A stretch of DNA of 64,000 bases from Candidatus Latescibacterota bacterium (GCA_965208105.1 OZ242318.1:480001-544000), one strand, 5' to 3'; numbered from the stretch's first letter, positions 53,988 through 64,000 are shown. The notes: generated by a model from the sequence alone, not told the origin. A program made the numbers and translations.

Positions 53988-54561
53988 AGATAGCGAAAGG
54001 TCACTCAGGTCCGCGCAGCATCCCGCCTCAGCGGGGCAGCCTGATTGAAAAGGAGACGGTTCGTGCCCTCCAGTGCTTTCATCCTGTCTCGTTTCCAGCC
54101 GAACCACGCCCCAGAGGTCACGGCGTTTCTCAACCTGTCGCAACAGCATCAGTGGATGAGACGAGCCCTCCCCGAACGCCGGTGGAGTACGCCGGTGAGG
54201 TGGACCTGGTCGTGCACGGCCAGGTCCACCTGAACTTTGGCGAGAACATACCCGGTATAGGCCTGGTGCTCTGAATGGGCTTCTCCCTGGAGGGAGCACC
54301 TTGCTGATCACCGACGGCATCGGCAAACAAGCTCTTGAATCAGCCGTGTGGGCAGGTACATCCGCACGTTCGGGCGCCTCGGACGAGGGCGCGGCGAGTA
54401 TTTCTCTACCGGAAGTTTGAAGGAGACGATACCGTGCAAGCGAGGTGTCATTGGCCCTAGATTTAGATTGCAGATAATCCGGTGTCACCTGATTTCGGAA
54501 GGGCTGATGAGGCGCGGGAGAATGCTTTTTCTGGGCAAACCTTGCCGAGTTGGAGGACGCG

Positions 54562-54933
54562 ATGCCGATCGTTCAATTGGAACTTGTGATTAGGGGGAAT
54601 TTCGAGCGCATCAGCGGCGACACCCTGCAGGAGCTTGCCGATGAGCTCGGCGAGTATTTTCAGACGGACAGGGGCGCTACCTGGGTCAAGGTCGACTACC
54701 TTCCATTCGAGCAATATGCGGAAAATCGCGCCGAGCTCGGAGGCGAGGTAAAGCCCACCCTGGTCTACGTGCTTAAATACCGGCTGCCGCCACGGGATCG
54801 ACTGGCGCAGGAAGCGAAGGATCTGGCGCGGATCGTTGCAAGGCGCCTGCAACGCCCCGAAGAAAACACCCATATAATTTTCGAACCTGACGGGGTCGGA
54901 AGGGTGGCTTTCGGCGGCGAGCTGGTCACCTGA
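54562..54933 (+). CDS. Tautomerase/MIF-superfamily-like protein, copy 2
   Basis: Met-Pro start, GGAGG RBS, about 45 mismatches in 372 nt versus copy 1, mostly synonymous. Confidence 0.7.
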   Translation: MPIVQLELVIRGNFERISGDTLQELADELGEYFQTDRGATWVKVDYLPFEQYAENRAELGGEVKPTLVYVLKYRLPPRDRLAQEAKDLARIVARRLQRPEENTHIIFEPDGVGRVAFGGELVT

Positions 54934-55102
54934 GGGTTCGCGAGGTTCCGCCGGGGGTATGGGAGGTGACGATGTGGAGCAAGGTGAAAACCGCGGTTGC
55001 CCCGAACCCCCAACCCAGACCCCCACCCCACCACGGCTGCAGCATGAGCACCACACCCAGGACCATCCCCAGCCGCGCAATCAGGTCGGCCCAGCGGATC
55101 AT
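54926..55102 (-). CDS. Small two-TM protein of the sugar ABC operon
   Basis: 58 aa, MIRWADLIARLGMVLGVVLMLQPWW; ATGA overlap with the permease. Confidence 0.7.
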   Translation of the reverse strand: MIRWADLIARLGMVLGVVLMLQPWWGGGLGWGFGATAVFTLLHIVTSHTPGGTSRTLR

Positions 55103-55980
55103 CTCTTGACGGTCCCGAAGGTGACGCCGCGCAGCAGGTGTTTGCGCACGAGAACGGTGAACGCGATGATCGGCGCCACGAAGATCAGAATGCCGGCGCT
55201 GATCTGGGGCCAGGGCAATCCCCGCACGTTGCCCTGCAGGCCGGCAAAGTAAACCGGAACGGTTATGGCGTCCTGGTTGTTGAGGGTCATGGCGAATCCG
55301 TACTCGTTCCAGGCCGAGATCAGGCAGAAAACCGCGGTGACCGCCATGCCTCCGGCGGCGCGGGGCAGGACGATGCAGCGGAAGACCTGGAGGCGGGAAT
55401 AGCCATCCACAAGCGCCGCTTCCTCGTAAGCCGGGGGGATCTCGTCGATGAATCCCTTCATCAGCCACACCGCCAGGGAAAGGTTGAACGAAGTGTAGAG
55501 CACAACGAGCCCCAGGTGGGTGTTCTCCAGGTCGAACTGGCGGTACATCACCAGGACGGGAACGACCACGGCAAGAGGAGGGAGAAATCGGGTCGAGAGG
55601 ATGAAAAAGAGCCAGTCCCTGGCTCCCCCCACCCGGAAGCGGCTGAAGCCGTAGGCACAGCAGGTCCCTATCAGGACCGCCGCCAGAGTGCTGAACAGAC
55701 CTACTACAATGCTGTTGCCGAGGTAGTGAAGAAAAGCTCGACTGGTTCCGGCGTAGACTTGGGAGAGTTGTCTGTAGCCGTCGAGATTGGGCTCGAAGTA
55801 GATGCTGGCTGGAGCCAAGTCACTACTGAATGCCGGCGCCAGCTTCGGCCGGATGCTGATGCTGTCGGCCTTGCTCTTGAACGAAGTCAATACCAGCCAG
55901 GCCAGGGGCAGGGTGGAAGCCGCGAGGTAGGACAGGATGAAGAGCCAGCGCAGGAGCTTCACCTCAGACAGCCTCCTCAT
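55099..55980 (-). CDS. Carbohydrate ABC permease (MalG-like)
   Basis: EIPPAYEEAALVDG EAA motif, AWNEY. Confidence 0.93.
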   Translation of the reverse strand: MRRLSEVKLLRWLFILSYLAASTLPLAWLVLTSFKSKADSISIRPKLAPAFSSDLAPASIYFEPNLDGYRQLSQVYAGTSRAFLHYLGNSIVVGLFSTLAAVLIGTCCAYGFSRFRVGGARDWLFFILSTRFLPPLAVVVPVLVMYRQFDLENTHLGLVVLYTSFNLSLAVWLMKGFIDEIPPAYEEAALVDGYSRLQVFRCIVLPRAAGGMAVTAVFCLISAWNEYGFAMTLNNQDAITVPVYFAGLQGNVRGLPWPQISAGILIFVAPIIAFTVLVRKHLLRGVTFGTVKR

Positions 55981-56863
55981 GTTTCTTTTGCAGTGAGCCC
56001 AGGTAGCGGATGAACAGGCTGGCGAGGGCGATCACCAGCACCAGTATCACGTAGGAATAGGATGCTCCCAGGCCCACCCTGCCGTCGCGAAACACGACCT
56101 GGTAGAGGAGGGCGCTCAGGGTCTGGGTAGCCCCGTCGTTGGGTCCGGTCACCGCCGCGACCAGGTCGAACTGCTTGAGGGCGTCGGTAGCCCTGAGCAG
56201 CACGGCCAGGCCCAGGAGTGGGGCGCACATGGGAAGGGTAATCCGGCGAAACACCCTCCACGGCGAAGCGCGGTCGATGGCCGCCGCTTCGTAGATCGAG
56301 GGCGGGATGGCGTTGAGCCCGGCCAGGGAGATGAGCATCATGAACGGGGTCCACATCCACACGTCGATGAGGAGGATGGAAAAGAACTTGAGGTCCGGGT
56401 CGGTGATCCACTGGGGCTGGAACAGGTGCCAGGCTCCCAAGACCTGGTTGAGGATGCCGTAGTTGCCGTTCAGGACCAGTTTCCAGTAGAGACCCATCAC
56501 CGCCTGGGGCAGCATCATGGGCACCAGCAGCACGGTGAGGACGAAAGCCCTGCCCTCGAAGCGCCGGCGCAGTGCCAGTGCCAGGCCGAATCCCAGGACC
56601 AGCTCGATGGTGACCGCCAAAACCACGAAGAGGGCGGTAGTGCGCAGGGCGGCGGCGTACTTGGCCGCCGAGAATACGACTTCGTAGTTGAGGACGCCGA
56701 TGACCTGGTAGGCTCCGCCGACCAGGTCGGCATTGGTGAAACTGAGGAATATGCTGTAAAGCAGGGGAAAGACGTTGAAGGCGATGAGAACCAGGAGGGC
56801 AGGTCCCACGAATCCGTACTTTATCCAGTCGCGGCCCGGGCCCTGTTCTCCCCTGCGCGCCAA
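55964..56863 (-). CDS. Carbohydrate ABC permease (MalF-like)
   Basis: DVWMWTPF, YEAAAIDRAS, ITLP. Confidence 0.93.
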   Translation of the reverse strand: MARRGEQGPGRDWIKYGFVGPALLVLIAFNVFPLLYSIFLSFTNADLVGGAYQVIGVLNYEVVFSAAKYAAALRTTALFVVLAVTIELVLGFGLALALRRRFEGRAFVLTVLLVPMMLPQAVMGLYWKLVLNGNYGILNQVLGAWHLFQPQWITDPDLKFFSILLIDVWMWTPFMMLISLAGLNAIPPSIYEAAAIDRASPWRVFRRITLPMCAPLLGLAVLLRATDALKQFDLVAAVTGPNDGATQTLSALLYQVVFRDGRVGLGASYSYVILVLVIALASLFIRYLGSLQKKHEEAV

Positions 56864-56872
56864 TCCAGCCTC

Positions 56873-58174
56873 CTAGCGGCGCAGGCCCGCCTGCATCATT
56901 ATCAGCTCGTGTTCCTCGGCCATCTGGTCGAGGGCCTCCTGGGGCGTCTTGACCCCGTCCAGGGCCTCCCCCAGGTGGCGCTGGGAGGACGCCAGGAGCT
57001 CGTTGTAGGCCGGCACGTTCCAGAAGTCCTGCAGGTAGTCCAGGGAGTTGGCGAAGGTGGCGTTGTATGGCGAGGCCTCTCTGAATTCTTCGCTGGCCAG
57101 AAGCGCCGTATTGGCTGTGAATGCGCCGGGATAGGTGATCCACTTCTTCTGCACCTCGGTCTGCTGAAACCAGGCGATGAACTGCTTGGCCAGCTCCTGC
57201 TGCCGCGGCGGGATCTTGGTCGAGATGCTGAACCCCTGGCCGCCAAGGCTGATGGCGCGGAGCTCCCCCCGCGCCGGGACCACGAAAAAACCGACCTTGT
57301 CGCCCATGCTGCGGACGATGCCAGGATAGAAGGGAAAGTAATCCAGCACCATGGCCGTGGACCCGTTCATGAACACGTCGTTGTTGTAGAAGTAGTCGGC
57401 GCTGTTGCCCCCCGGCGGGGTGAAGCGGAGCAAATCCTTCATGAAGGTCAGGGCAGCCACCGCCTCGGGGCTGTTGAGGTGCCCCTTCACCGCAAAGGTC
57501 TCGGGGTCCCCCCAGGACCCTCCCCAGGACCAGAGAAAGGGCTGAAAGCCCATGGTTATGCCGTCGTAGCCGCGTCCGGCGAGAATCGAGCACCCGTAGC
57601 GCTTTTGCCCGGGGCGCTGGAAGAACTCGGCGATATCGCGAAACTCCTCCCATGTATCCGGCACTTGCAGGTCGCGGCCGTACTTCTCCCTGAAGGCGGC
57701 CTGCTCGCGCGGATCTTCGAACCAGTCCCTGCGGTAGGCAAAGCCGATGGCGTCGGTCTCGCAGGGCGCCGCGTAGAATCTACCGCTGCCCGCCGGATAT
57801 TCGCAGAGATAGCGCGCCGCGCGTGGATGGATGGTCTCGATGTCCACCGCCTGGGACAGCCAGTCGGTCAGCTCCAGGTAGAGACCCCGCGTCGCACCGC
57901 GGCCGATCCACTGGCTGTCACCCACCACGATGTCGAAGCTGGTCTGCTTGTTTCCGAAGTTGAGGAAGACCTGGTCGTGATAGGAAGGCCAGGGGATCTG
58001 GTGCACCACCACCGAAATCCCGGTCTCCTCCTCGAAGTCGGCAGCCAGCTCCTGCAGCCCTGCCGCCGGATCCCATTGAGCCCACCAGATGGTGATGGAT
58101 CCGGCCTCGCCGTGGCCTGCCCGGGCCAGGAAGGCGACCGCCAGGACCGCCAGGAACATTTTGCGGTTTCTCAT
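56873..58174 (-). CDS. Carbohydrate ABC substrate-binding protein
   Basis: GAGGAGG RBS, signal peptide, FEEETGI, YRRDWFE, PDTWEEF. Confidence 0.92.
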   Translation of the reverse strand: MRNRKMFLAVLAVAFLARAGHGEAGSITIWWAQWDPAAGLQELAADFEEETGISVVVHQIPWPSYHDQVFLNFGNKQTSFDIVVGDSQWIGRGATRGLYLELTDWLSQAVDIETIHPRAARYLCEYPAGSGRFYAAPCETDAIGFAYRRDWFEDPREQAAFREKYGRDLQVPDTWEEFRDIAEFFQRPGQKRYGCSILAGRGYDGITMGFQPFLWSWGGSWGDPETFAVKGHLNSPEAVAALTFMKDLLRFTPPGGNSADYFYNNDVFMNGSTAMVLDYFPFYPGIVRSMGDKVGFFVVPARGELRAISLGGQGFSISTKIPPRQQELAKQFIAWFQQTEVQKKWITYPGAFTANTALLASEEFREASPYNATFANSLDYLQDFWNVPAYNELLASSQRHLGEALDGVKTPQEALDQMAEEHELIMMQAGLRR

Positions 58175-58259
58175 TATTTCCTCCTCTTCGTGGAACCGTT
58201 AAGGTACCTTCCCCGCCTGGCCTTGGCAACCGGGGAAGCCGGCCAGGGGACCTCCTTCA

Positions 58260-60011
58260 TCACTCCACCAGCTCAAGCCTGACCCAGCGCCTCAGGGAGT
58301 TGATCAGGTACAGTTCCTCCGCCCGGCGCACCTCCTCCACCGACAAAACGCACTCGCGCAGCTCGCCGCGGGAGAGCAGGTCTGCACGGTAGGTACCGGG
58401 CAAAAGCCCGCTGGAGACCGGCGGGGTGCGCTTCTCTCCCCCGATGACGGCGACCAGATTGCCGATACAGCATTCGGTTGCCTCGCCGCGCTCGTTCTGC
58501 ATGACGACATCGCCGCAGCCGGGATGAAGGCGGCGCTGGCCCTCGTAGAGGCGGCGATGGGTGGTCTTGTGAAAGAGCATTGGATCGCTGCTGTCCACCG
58601 CTGCGGCGGAAATGGCCGCCTTGAGGCTGTCCGGCCCCCGCGGCAGGGGAGAACTGCCGACCTCGACCTCGCCGCTGCGGCCAAGGGTCAGCCGCACCCG
58701 GTAGTCGCGCGCCCCGAACCCGGCCGCCTCCTGATTCAGAGCCCGGACTATCGCCTCGGCATCGCACCTGAAACCGAAGTAATCCGCCGAGGCGCGAAGA
58801 CGCTGCAGGTGACGGTCGAGGAGAAAGTAGCCTCGGCCGGCTTCGAACAGCATGGTCTCCAGCAGGGCGAACCGCGGCCGGGGCGCCTTCAGCACCCTGG
58901 CCTTGACCAGGCATTCTGCGTACTCCCCATGAGGAGAGGAATCGCCGGTGATGCCACCTCCTACCCCGAACTCGGCGAGGCCGTAGTGACGGTCGATCAG
59001 CACCGTGCGAATGGCCACGTTGAAGCGCGCCACCGGGCCGGGTGAGACGAAGCCGATACAGCCGGTGTAGATCCCGCGGGGAGAATCCTCCAGAGAGGCG
59101 ATGATCTGCGTGGTCCGGATCTTCGGGGCTCCTGTCACCGAGCCGCAGGGGAAGAGAGCGGTGAGGAGTTGCACAAGTCCTACCCCGGCCCGCAGGCGCG
59201 AGCGCAGGGTCGAGGTCAGCTGCAGCACGGTCTCGTAGCGCTCCACCTCCCACAGCCGGAGCACCTTCACGCTGCCGGCCTCCGACACCCTGCCCATGTC
59301 GTTGCGCAGCAGGTCGACGATCATCACGTTCTCGGCGCGCTCCTTGGCCGCGGTGCGCAGGTCTCGGGAAAGTTGCGCATCCTCGCCTGCCCAGCGCCCG
59401 CGGCGGCGCGTGCCCTTCATGGGCCGCGCCGTCAGCACCCCGTTCCCGAGGCCGAAGAACAGTTCGGGGGAAGCCGAGAGGATCTGGTGCCTGCCCAGGT
59501 CCAGAAAGGCGCAATATGGCGCTCGCTGGGAGAGGCACAGGTCGCGGTAGAGGGCCCGCTCGTCCCCGCGAAAGGAGGCGCGCAGGCGGAAGGTGTAGTT
59601 GACCTGGTACGTGTCCCCTGCCTCGATGTACTGCCCGATCGCCTCCATGGCTTCGGCGTAGGCTCGACGGGAAATCGACGGCTCCCAGGGGGACATGGAA
59701 TAGCTGCCGCACCTCGGCAGCCCCCCGCAGGCAACCCGCTCGCGGTGGGCGAAGAGCCCGAACCAGACAAGGGGCAGCTCGCAGCGCCCGCTGGTTTCGA
59801 GTTTGGCGCCGAGGCCCGGTGCAGCCTCGTAGGCCAGGTACCCGGCGGCGTGCAGCCCATCCTCCACCGCCTCCTCGACGGCAGCCAGGGCCGGCTGCAC
59901 CTCTTCAGGCCGGTGGGCTGCGATCTCCCCGCGCAATCCGTTGAACGCATAGGAAGCCGTGTCCCTCTCGGAGGAATAGGACTCCAGCAGGACCAGGGGT
60001 TCGGAACTCAA
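58260..60011 (-). CDS. pabB: Aminodeoxychorismate synthase component I fused to class IV aminotransferase-like ADC lyase
   Basis: GDTYQVNYT, SASPELFF, PMKGT, ENVMIVDLLRND, FPCGSVTGAPK; C-terminal HKTTHR, GLLPGT. Confidence 0.9.
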   Translation of the reverse strand: MSSEPLVLLESYSSERDTASYAFNGLRGEIAAHRPEEVQPALAAVEEAVEDGLHAAGYLAYEAAPGLGAKLETSGRCELPLVWFGLFAHRERVACGGLPRCGSYSMSPWEPSISRRAYAEAMEAIGQYIEAGDTYQVNYTFRLRASFRGDERALYRDLCLSQRAPYCAFLDLGRHQILSASPELFFGLGNGVLTARPMKGTRRRGRWAGEDAQLSRDLRTAAKERAENVMIVDLLRNDMGRVSEAGSVKVLRLWEVERYETVLQLTSTLRSRLRAGVGLVQLLTALFPCGSVTGAPKIRTTQIIASLEDSPRGIYTGCIGFVSPGPVARFNVAIRTVLIDRHYGLAEFGVGGGITGDSSPHGEYAECLVKARVLKAPRPRFALLETMLFEAGRGYFLLDRHLQRLRASADYFGFRCDAEAIVRALNQEAAGFGARDYRVRLTLGRSGEVEVGSSPLPRGPDSLKAAISAAAVDSSDPMLFHKTTHRRLYEGQRRLHPGCGDVVMQNERGEATECCIGNLVAVIGGEKRTPPVSSGLLPGTYRADLLSRGELRECVLSVEEVRRAEELYLINSLRRWVRLELVE

Positions 60012-60074
60012 CTGGCGGGAATCTCCTGGGTAGGACCGGGAAGGGGTTGCGGCCGCGGCCTGGGCCCGCCGGCG

Positions 60075-61358
60075 CTAAAGCAATTCGTCGGCGCAGGCTG
60101 CCACTTTGCGAAAGGCCCCGGCGTACTCGCGAATGACCTGGGGCCGATAGTGCTTGAACCAGGGAATCGAGAAACAGCGCTGGGGCAGACTCTCGGTCAC
60201 GGGCAAGCTTCCCCGCGGCTGCCTCAGCTCCCTGTCAGCCCGGGCGATGCGGGTCGGCCTGCCGTGGCCGTAAACATCCACGTCGTTCAGCACCGGGTGC
60301 AGGTGCATGAGAGGGTTTGCTCCGGGATTCACCAACCATGGTCCCGAGGCGCACTCGGCATTGACCGCGGCGCAGAAGCGCGCCAATGGCAAGTCGCCGA
60401 GCTCTTCGGGCGCATAGAGCCCGTGGGCCGCGTACCAACCTCCCATGGTGCTGCCCGAGCCCGGAGGCGGACGGTGCGCGCGCAGTCCGGGCACCCCCTC
60501 CAGCAAATCCCAGAAATAGTCCATGGCCCGCTGTATCTGTGCCATGCGCTGGTCGTAGTGCCTGAGCTGCACCCGGCCGACGGCTGCCGAGAGCTGATGC
60601 ATGCGGAATTTGCAGCCTCCCAGGGGAATGCCGGCGGAACCACGGAGCTCCGGGCACTCCAACTCGCTGCCGCGCTCGTAGTGCCCGAAGGCCAGGGCGC
60701 GCTGGTGGATTGCGGCGTCCCTGGTGAGAAGCAGCCCTCCTTCGCCGCAGGCAAGGGATTTGCCCGTCATCATGGACATGGCGGCCACGTGACCGATGGT
60801 TCCCACCAGGCGGCCTTTGTAGCGTCCCCCATGGGCGTGCGACGCGTCCTCGATGACCTTGATGCCGTGTTTTGCCGCAATCTCCATGATGGGGTCCATG
60901 TCCGCCGGGTAACCGCAGTAGTGCACCACGACGATGGCCTTGGTGCGCCCGGTGATGCGGCGCTCGATATCACCTGGGTCCAGAGTCAATGTAGCGGGAT
61001 CCATCTCGGCAAAGACCACCGTGCCGCCAAGGGAGAACACCTGGAGAACCGATCCCCAGTAGGTCATGCTCTGGCAGATGACCTCGTCGCCCCGCCGCAC
61101 CCCGCATGCCCACATGGCCGCCTGGATGGCCGCCGTTCCGGAATTGTGGCACAGGGCAAATCCGCCGCCGAACCAATCTTCCAGTTCGCTCTCGAAGCGG
61201 CGGGTCACGTCCATCTTCGACATGGCCCGCCGGCGCAGGACCTCGAGCACGGCGCCCTCGTCCTCGGCGGTGATGATGGGCCAGTCGAAGACATCACCGG
61301 GGTTCGTGCGCAGGGCCCTGTCACCCCCGTTTATCGCCAATCTGCTTGCGTGGACCAC
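60075..61358 (-). CDS. DegT/DnrJ/EryC1/StrS PLP aminotransferase
   Basis: NSGTAAI, IEDASHAHG, GKSLACGEGG. Confidence 0.9.
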   Translation of the reverse strand: MVHASRLAINGGDRALRTNPGDVFDWPIITAEDEGAVLEVLRRRAMSKMDVTRRFESELEDWFGGGFALCHNSGTAAIQAAMWACGVRRGDEVICQSMTYWGSVLQVFSLGGTVVFAEMDPATLTLDPGDIERRITGRTKAIVVVHYCGYPADMDPIMEIAAKHGIKVIEDASHAHGGRYKGRLVGTIGHVAAMSMMTGKSLACGEGGLLLTRDAAIHQRALAFGHYERGSELECPELRGSAGIPLGGCKFRMHQLSAAVGRVQLRHYDQRMAQIQRAMDYFWDLLEGVPGLRAHRPPPGSGSTMGGWYAAHGLYAPEELGDLPLARFCAAVNAECASGPWLVNPGANPLMHLHPVLNDVDVYGHGRPTRIARADRELRQPRGSLPVTESLPQRCFSIPWFKHYRPQVIREYAGAFRKVAACADELL

Positions 61359-61384
61359 CCTGGTTGCTCCCCCGCTCCCCGCGG

Positions 61385-62347
61385 TCAGGATCCTTCACCA
61401 TCGACGTCGGCGGCACCGACGGCCTCTTTCAACTCCTCCGCCGAGGGCATCTCGAAGTACTCCCATACAGTCCGTACTACGCCGTTGCGCACGAAGGCCA
61501 GTCGCGGATAGCCATGCTTGTAGGTGAGACGCCGAAAGTCGGTCATGGAAATGCTGGCGATGAGGTAGCGGGGCTGCAGCTGACTCTTGAAGTCCGCCAT
61601 GGCCTGGGAGTTCTGCGGAAAACTGCTCAGTGCGACCAGGGACGGCAGATCGCGGCGCGCATTCAGCTTGTTGAGGAAGGGCACCTCCTCCTGGCAGCGA
61701 CCGCATCTGGGGCTGAAAAGAGCGACAAGATAGTCCCCCTCCATCAGGTCGAGGTCCGGTCCCTTCAAGGGAAGACCGACCAGCTTGACCCCCGGCTGCA
61801 AATCAGAATTTTCGAGGCGATAGGCATCCGGAAAGAATCTGATCCCGGCGACCACCAGTGCCAGCAGCGTACCTCCCGCCATCAGTCGGGCGCTCGCCGC
61901 CAAAGCCGGGGAGGGCCGGGAGCGGGTTCCCCACCAGCCGAATACCAGCATTCCCAGCATGATCAGGTCCTCGACCGCCGCTTCTCCCGGGCTGCGGTTG
62001 ACCAGGGTACCAAAGCAGCCGCAGTCTTCGGTGGCGCCGAGGCGCCAGGCATAGGTCATCAGCCCCACAAAAAAAGCCATCAACGCCGTTGCCGCGGGGA
62101 AAACCAGCCGAGGCCTCCAGTTGAGCAGCAACCCCAGTCCCAGGCTGCACTCCAGGGGGCCGAGGAGCAGGGCGAGACGGGTAGCCGCCTTCAGCACCTC
62201 GAGGTCCTTCCCCAGCAACAGCTTGGAAAAGGGCATGGCCTCCCAGTAGAACAACACCGGTTCCCACACCTTGATGAGTCCGGACACCAGCAGGATGAGC
62301 CCCATGACCATTTGCCCGGTCCGCGCTGCCTTCGCAATTCCGCTCAT
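61385..62347 (-). CDS. DoxX/MauE membrane protein with thioredoxin-like domain
   Basis: TM helices, DCGCFG, C-terminal CGRC (CxxC) and GYP. Confidence 0.8.
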   Translation of the reverse strand: MSGIAKAARTGQMVMGLILLVSGLIKVWEPVLFYWEAMPFSKLLLGKDLEVLKAATRLALLLGPLECSLGLGLLLNWRPRLVFPAATALMAFFVGLMTYAWRLGATEDCGCFGTLVNRSPGEAAVEDLIMLGMLVFGWWGTRSRPSPALAASARLMAGGTLLALVVAGIRFFPDAYRLENSDLQPGVKLVGLPLKGPDLDLMEGDYLVALFSPRCGRCQEEVPFLNKLNARRDLPSLVALSSFPQNSQAMADFKSQLQPRYLIASISMTDFRRLTYKHGYPRLAFVRNGVVRTVWEYFEMPSAEELKEAVGAADVDGEGS

Positions 62348-64000
62348 GGTCTCCCCTCTCGCCTGGCGAAGTGCCCTATTGTCCTGGTGAAGATGCCCCG
62401 TGTCTCATGCATCAAGGTTCTGACCTCCTCCTCGAGCTCACCGGGTTCCCGCCTTCCGGCGGCGCGTGCGAGAAGCTCCAGATCGCGGCCCCGGGGCAGC
62501 ACGTTCGGGGCCTGCTCGCTGGAAATGCGCATGCACTTCTCAATCCCTCTGAGCCGCTCGTAAGCATCCAGGAGAAAACGCCCTTCCCGATCATCAAGGT
62601 ACTGCATTGCCATTAATTGGGAAAGTATCCGCCTGGTGCTGGTCCTCCTCAGCTCTCTGTGCTTTCGTCCCCAACGCAGCACCCCGAACTGGGCGATGAA
62701 CTCGATGTCGACGATTCCTCCCGTGCCGCGTTTTATGTCCACCTGAAGAGCCCGGCCGCGCGCTGCAGGGGGTTCCATCCTCATTCGCAGATCCACCGTC
62801 TCCTCGGCTAGCAACCGGTCCACGGGCGCGCGAAAAACGAAGCGCTGAATGGCGCGTTGCACCCGCTCGCCCAACTCCGGATCACCGGCCACCCTGCGGG
62901 CGCGGGTAAGAGCCAGTCGCTCCCAGGTCGCGGCCCGCCCTTTCAGATAGCGCCGGTAGGCAGCCAGGGACAGAGCAGCGGGCGCGTTACGTCCTTCGGG
63001 GCGCAGACGCGGGTCGACCTTGTAGAGCCCTCCATCCTGGAGCAACTGGATGATCTTCTGAACCAGCTCGCTGAAAAAGGCGCTGTTCGCCGTTCCCGTG
63101 CGGCCGGTCCTTCCCTCCCCGGCATAGACGAAAAACACATCGAGGTCAGCGCCGAAATCCATCTCGCGGCCGCCGAATTTACCGCCTGCAACGCAAACGC
63201 CTTCGACCTCCTCCCCGCTCCGGTTGCGCGGCTTGCCGTGGCGCTGCACGAGGCGGCGCCGGCACAGCTCGTAGGCCGCCCCCAGAATGTCCTCGGCGAG
63301 ATCCGACAGGCGCAGAAAGGTCTCTTCCTGAGAGGTCAGCCCCAGCAGGTCATCGGTGCCAATGCGCAACAGTTCCTGGTTGCGGTGGCGTTGGATGGCT
63401 CGCTGATCCCGGCGCCATTCGGCTCGTTCACCGGCTCCGACATCGATGTCCGGCGTAACCAGCCCATCCAGGAGGCCGGGGTCGCGCTGAATCAGTTCAG
63501 CCAGAAAGCGGCTGCTGCCGCAAATCGCCAGCAGCAGCCTGCGGAATCCCGCATGGGTATGGAGCAGTTCGAATAGAGGGCCGGGAGCTCCATAGGCGGC
63601 GACCATCTGGGTAAATCGCACCAGCCCCTGATCGGGGTCCGGCTCGGCGGCCAGAGACACAACCAGCTCGGTAAGCAACTCCTCGAGGTGCTGGCGGGCG
63701 GTGCTGGTCAGCATTCCCGCGTTGCTCAACTGCAGCAAATTGCGGTGCGCCGCCGCCCCATCTGCAAAACCCCGTTCCTGAAGGGCTTGCCGCGCCCTGA
63801 GGCTTCCGGGCTCGGCCTCGAGGAGCCAGTTCAGCCCCTGAACGGGGACCTCATCCCCGTAGAAGAAGCCATCGAAGATGGCGCGCACCTGCTTGAGGTG
63901 CACATCCACTGCAGCCGCCAGGTCCTCCGCTCCGGACAAGCCCAGAATCCGGGCAAGGCCATCTTGTTCGGCGCGCCCCTCAGGCAGGGCGTAGGCCGAT
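62344..64000 (-). CDS. glnE: Glutamine synthetase adenylyltransferase, 5' part outside the window
   Basis: GKFGGREMDFGADLD, VDPRLRPEG, WERLALTRAR, DIKRGTGGIVDIEF; frame stays open to the window edge. Confidence 0.9.
   Translation of the reverse strand, partial: SAYALPEGRAEQDGLARILGLSGAEDLAAAVDVHLKQVRAIFDGFFYGDEVPVQGLNWLLEAEPGSLRARQALQERGFADGAAAHRNLLQLSNAGMLTSTARQHLEELLTELVVSLAAEPDPDQGLVRFTQMVAAYGAPGPLFELLHTHAGFRRLLLAICGSSRFLAELIQRDPGLLDGLVTPDIDVGAGERAEWRRDQRAIQRHRNQELLRIGTDDLLGLTSQEETFLRLSDLAEDILGAAYELCRRRLVQRHGKPRNRSGEEVEGVCVAGGKFGGREMDFGADLDVFFVYAGEGRTGRTGTANSAFFSELVQKIIQLLQDGGLYKVDPRLRPEGRNAPAALSLAAYRRYLKGRAATWERLALTRARRVAGDPELGERVQRAIQRFVFRAPVDRLLAEETVDLRMRMEPPAARGRALQVDIKRGTGGIVDIEFIAQFGVLRWGRKHRELRRTSTRRILSQLMAMQYLDDREGRFLLDAYERLRGIEKCMRISSEQAPNVLPRGRDLELLARAAGRREPGELEEEVRTLMHETRGIFTRTIGHFARREGRP

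Larger units (their letters stand above)
27645..54933. mobile_element. 26.9-kb accessory island bounded by duplicated tautomerase-like genes
   Basis: Direct repeat at offset 26,900; separates the ATPases from the permeases of one sugar ABC system; lower-GC content, TA module, IS and intron inside. Confidence 0.72.

Noticed and set aside
55977-61511. ORFs of 479-780 aa overlapping the ABC, pabB and DegT genes
   Set aside because: Shadow frames without recognisable domains

Overview
GC-rich bacterial chromosome segment; lineage cannot be determined from the sequence alone. Left arm (1-27.4 kb): tRNA-Tyr, a lepA-lepB-hemW-thrB-polysaccharide export operon, two tandem ~970-aa paralogues with near-identical 3' ends, a three-gene membrane module (M28-like/FtsX fusion plus two OPT-like proteins), a GH29 fucosidase and two sugar-ABC ATPases. 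Right arm (54.9-64 kb): the rest of that sugar ABC operon, pabB/C, a DegT-family aminotransferase, a DoxX/MauE protein and partial glnE. Between them lies a 26.9-kb accessory island bracketed by two ~88%-identical copies of a tautomerase-like gene, with no integrase visible. It carries higA with a frameshifted higB, a solitary type I-E-like CRISPR repeat, an IS701-family element with a group II intron inserted in its stop codon, a PAS kinase/NarL-type regulator with a promoter motif repeated three times, a TolC/NEW3/ABC export set, and a putative RiPP cluster. The RiPP cluster is the best candidate for an undescribed system: a 52-aa precursor with two C-x-L-(Y/W)-S-C-x-P-V-S cores and an acidic DILF tail, whose gene is bracketed by a perfect 17-bp inverted repeat, plus a radical SAM/SPASM enzyme, an S41 protease with Cys at the catalytic Ser position, an S8 protease fused to a DUF1611-like domain, an acyl carrier protein, a BtrH-like protein and several transporters. 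Family assignments come from motif recognition by eye; no database search was run.
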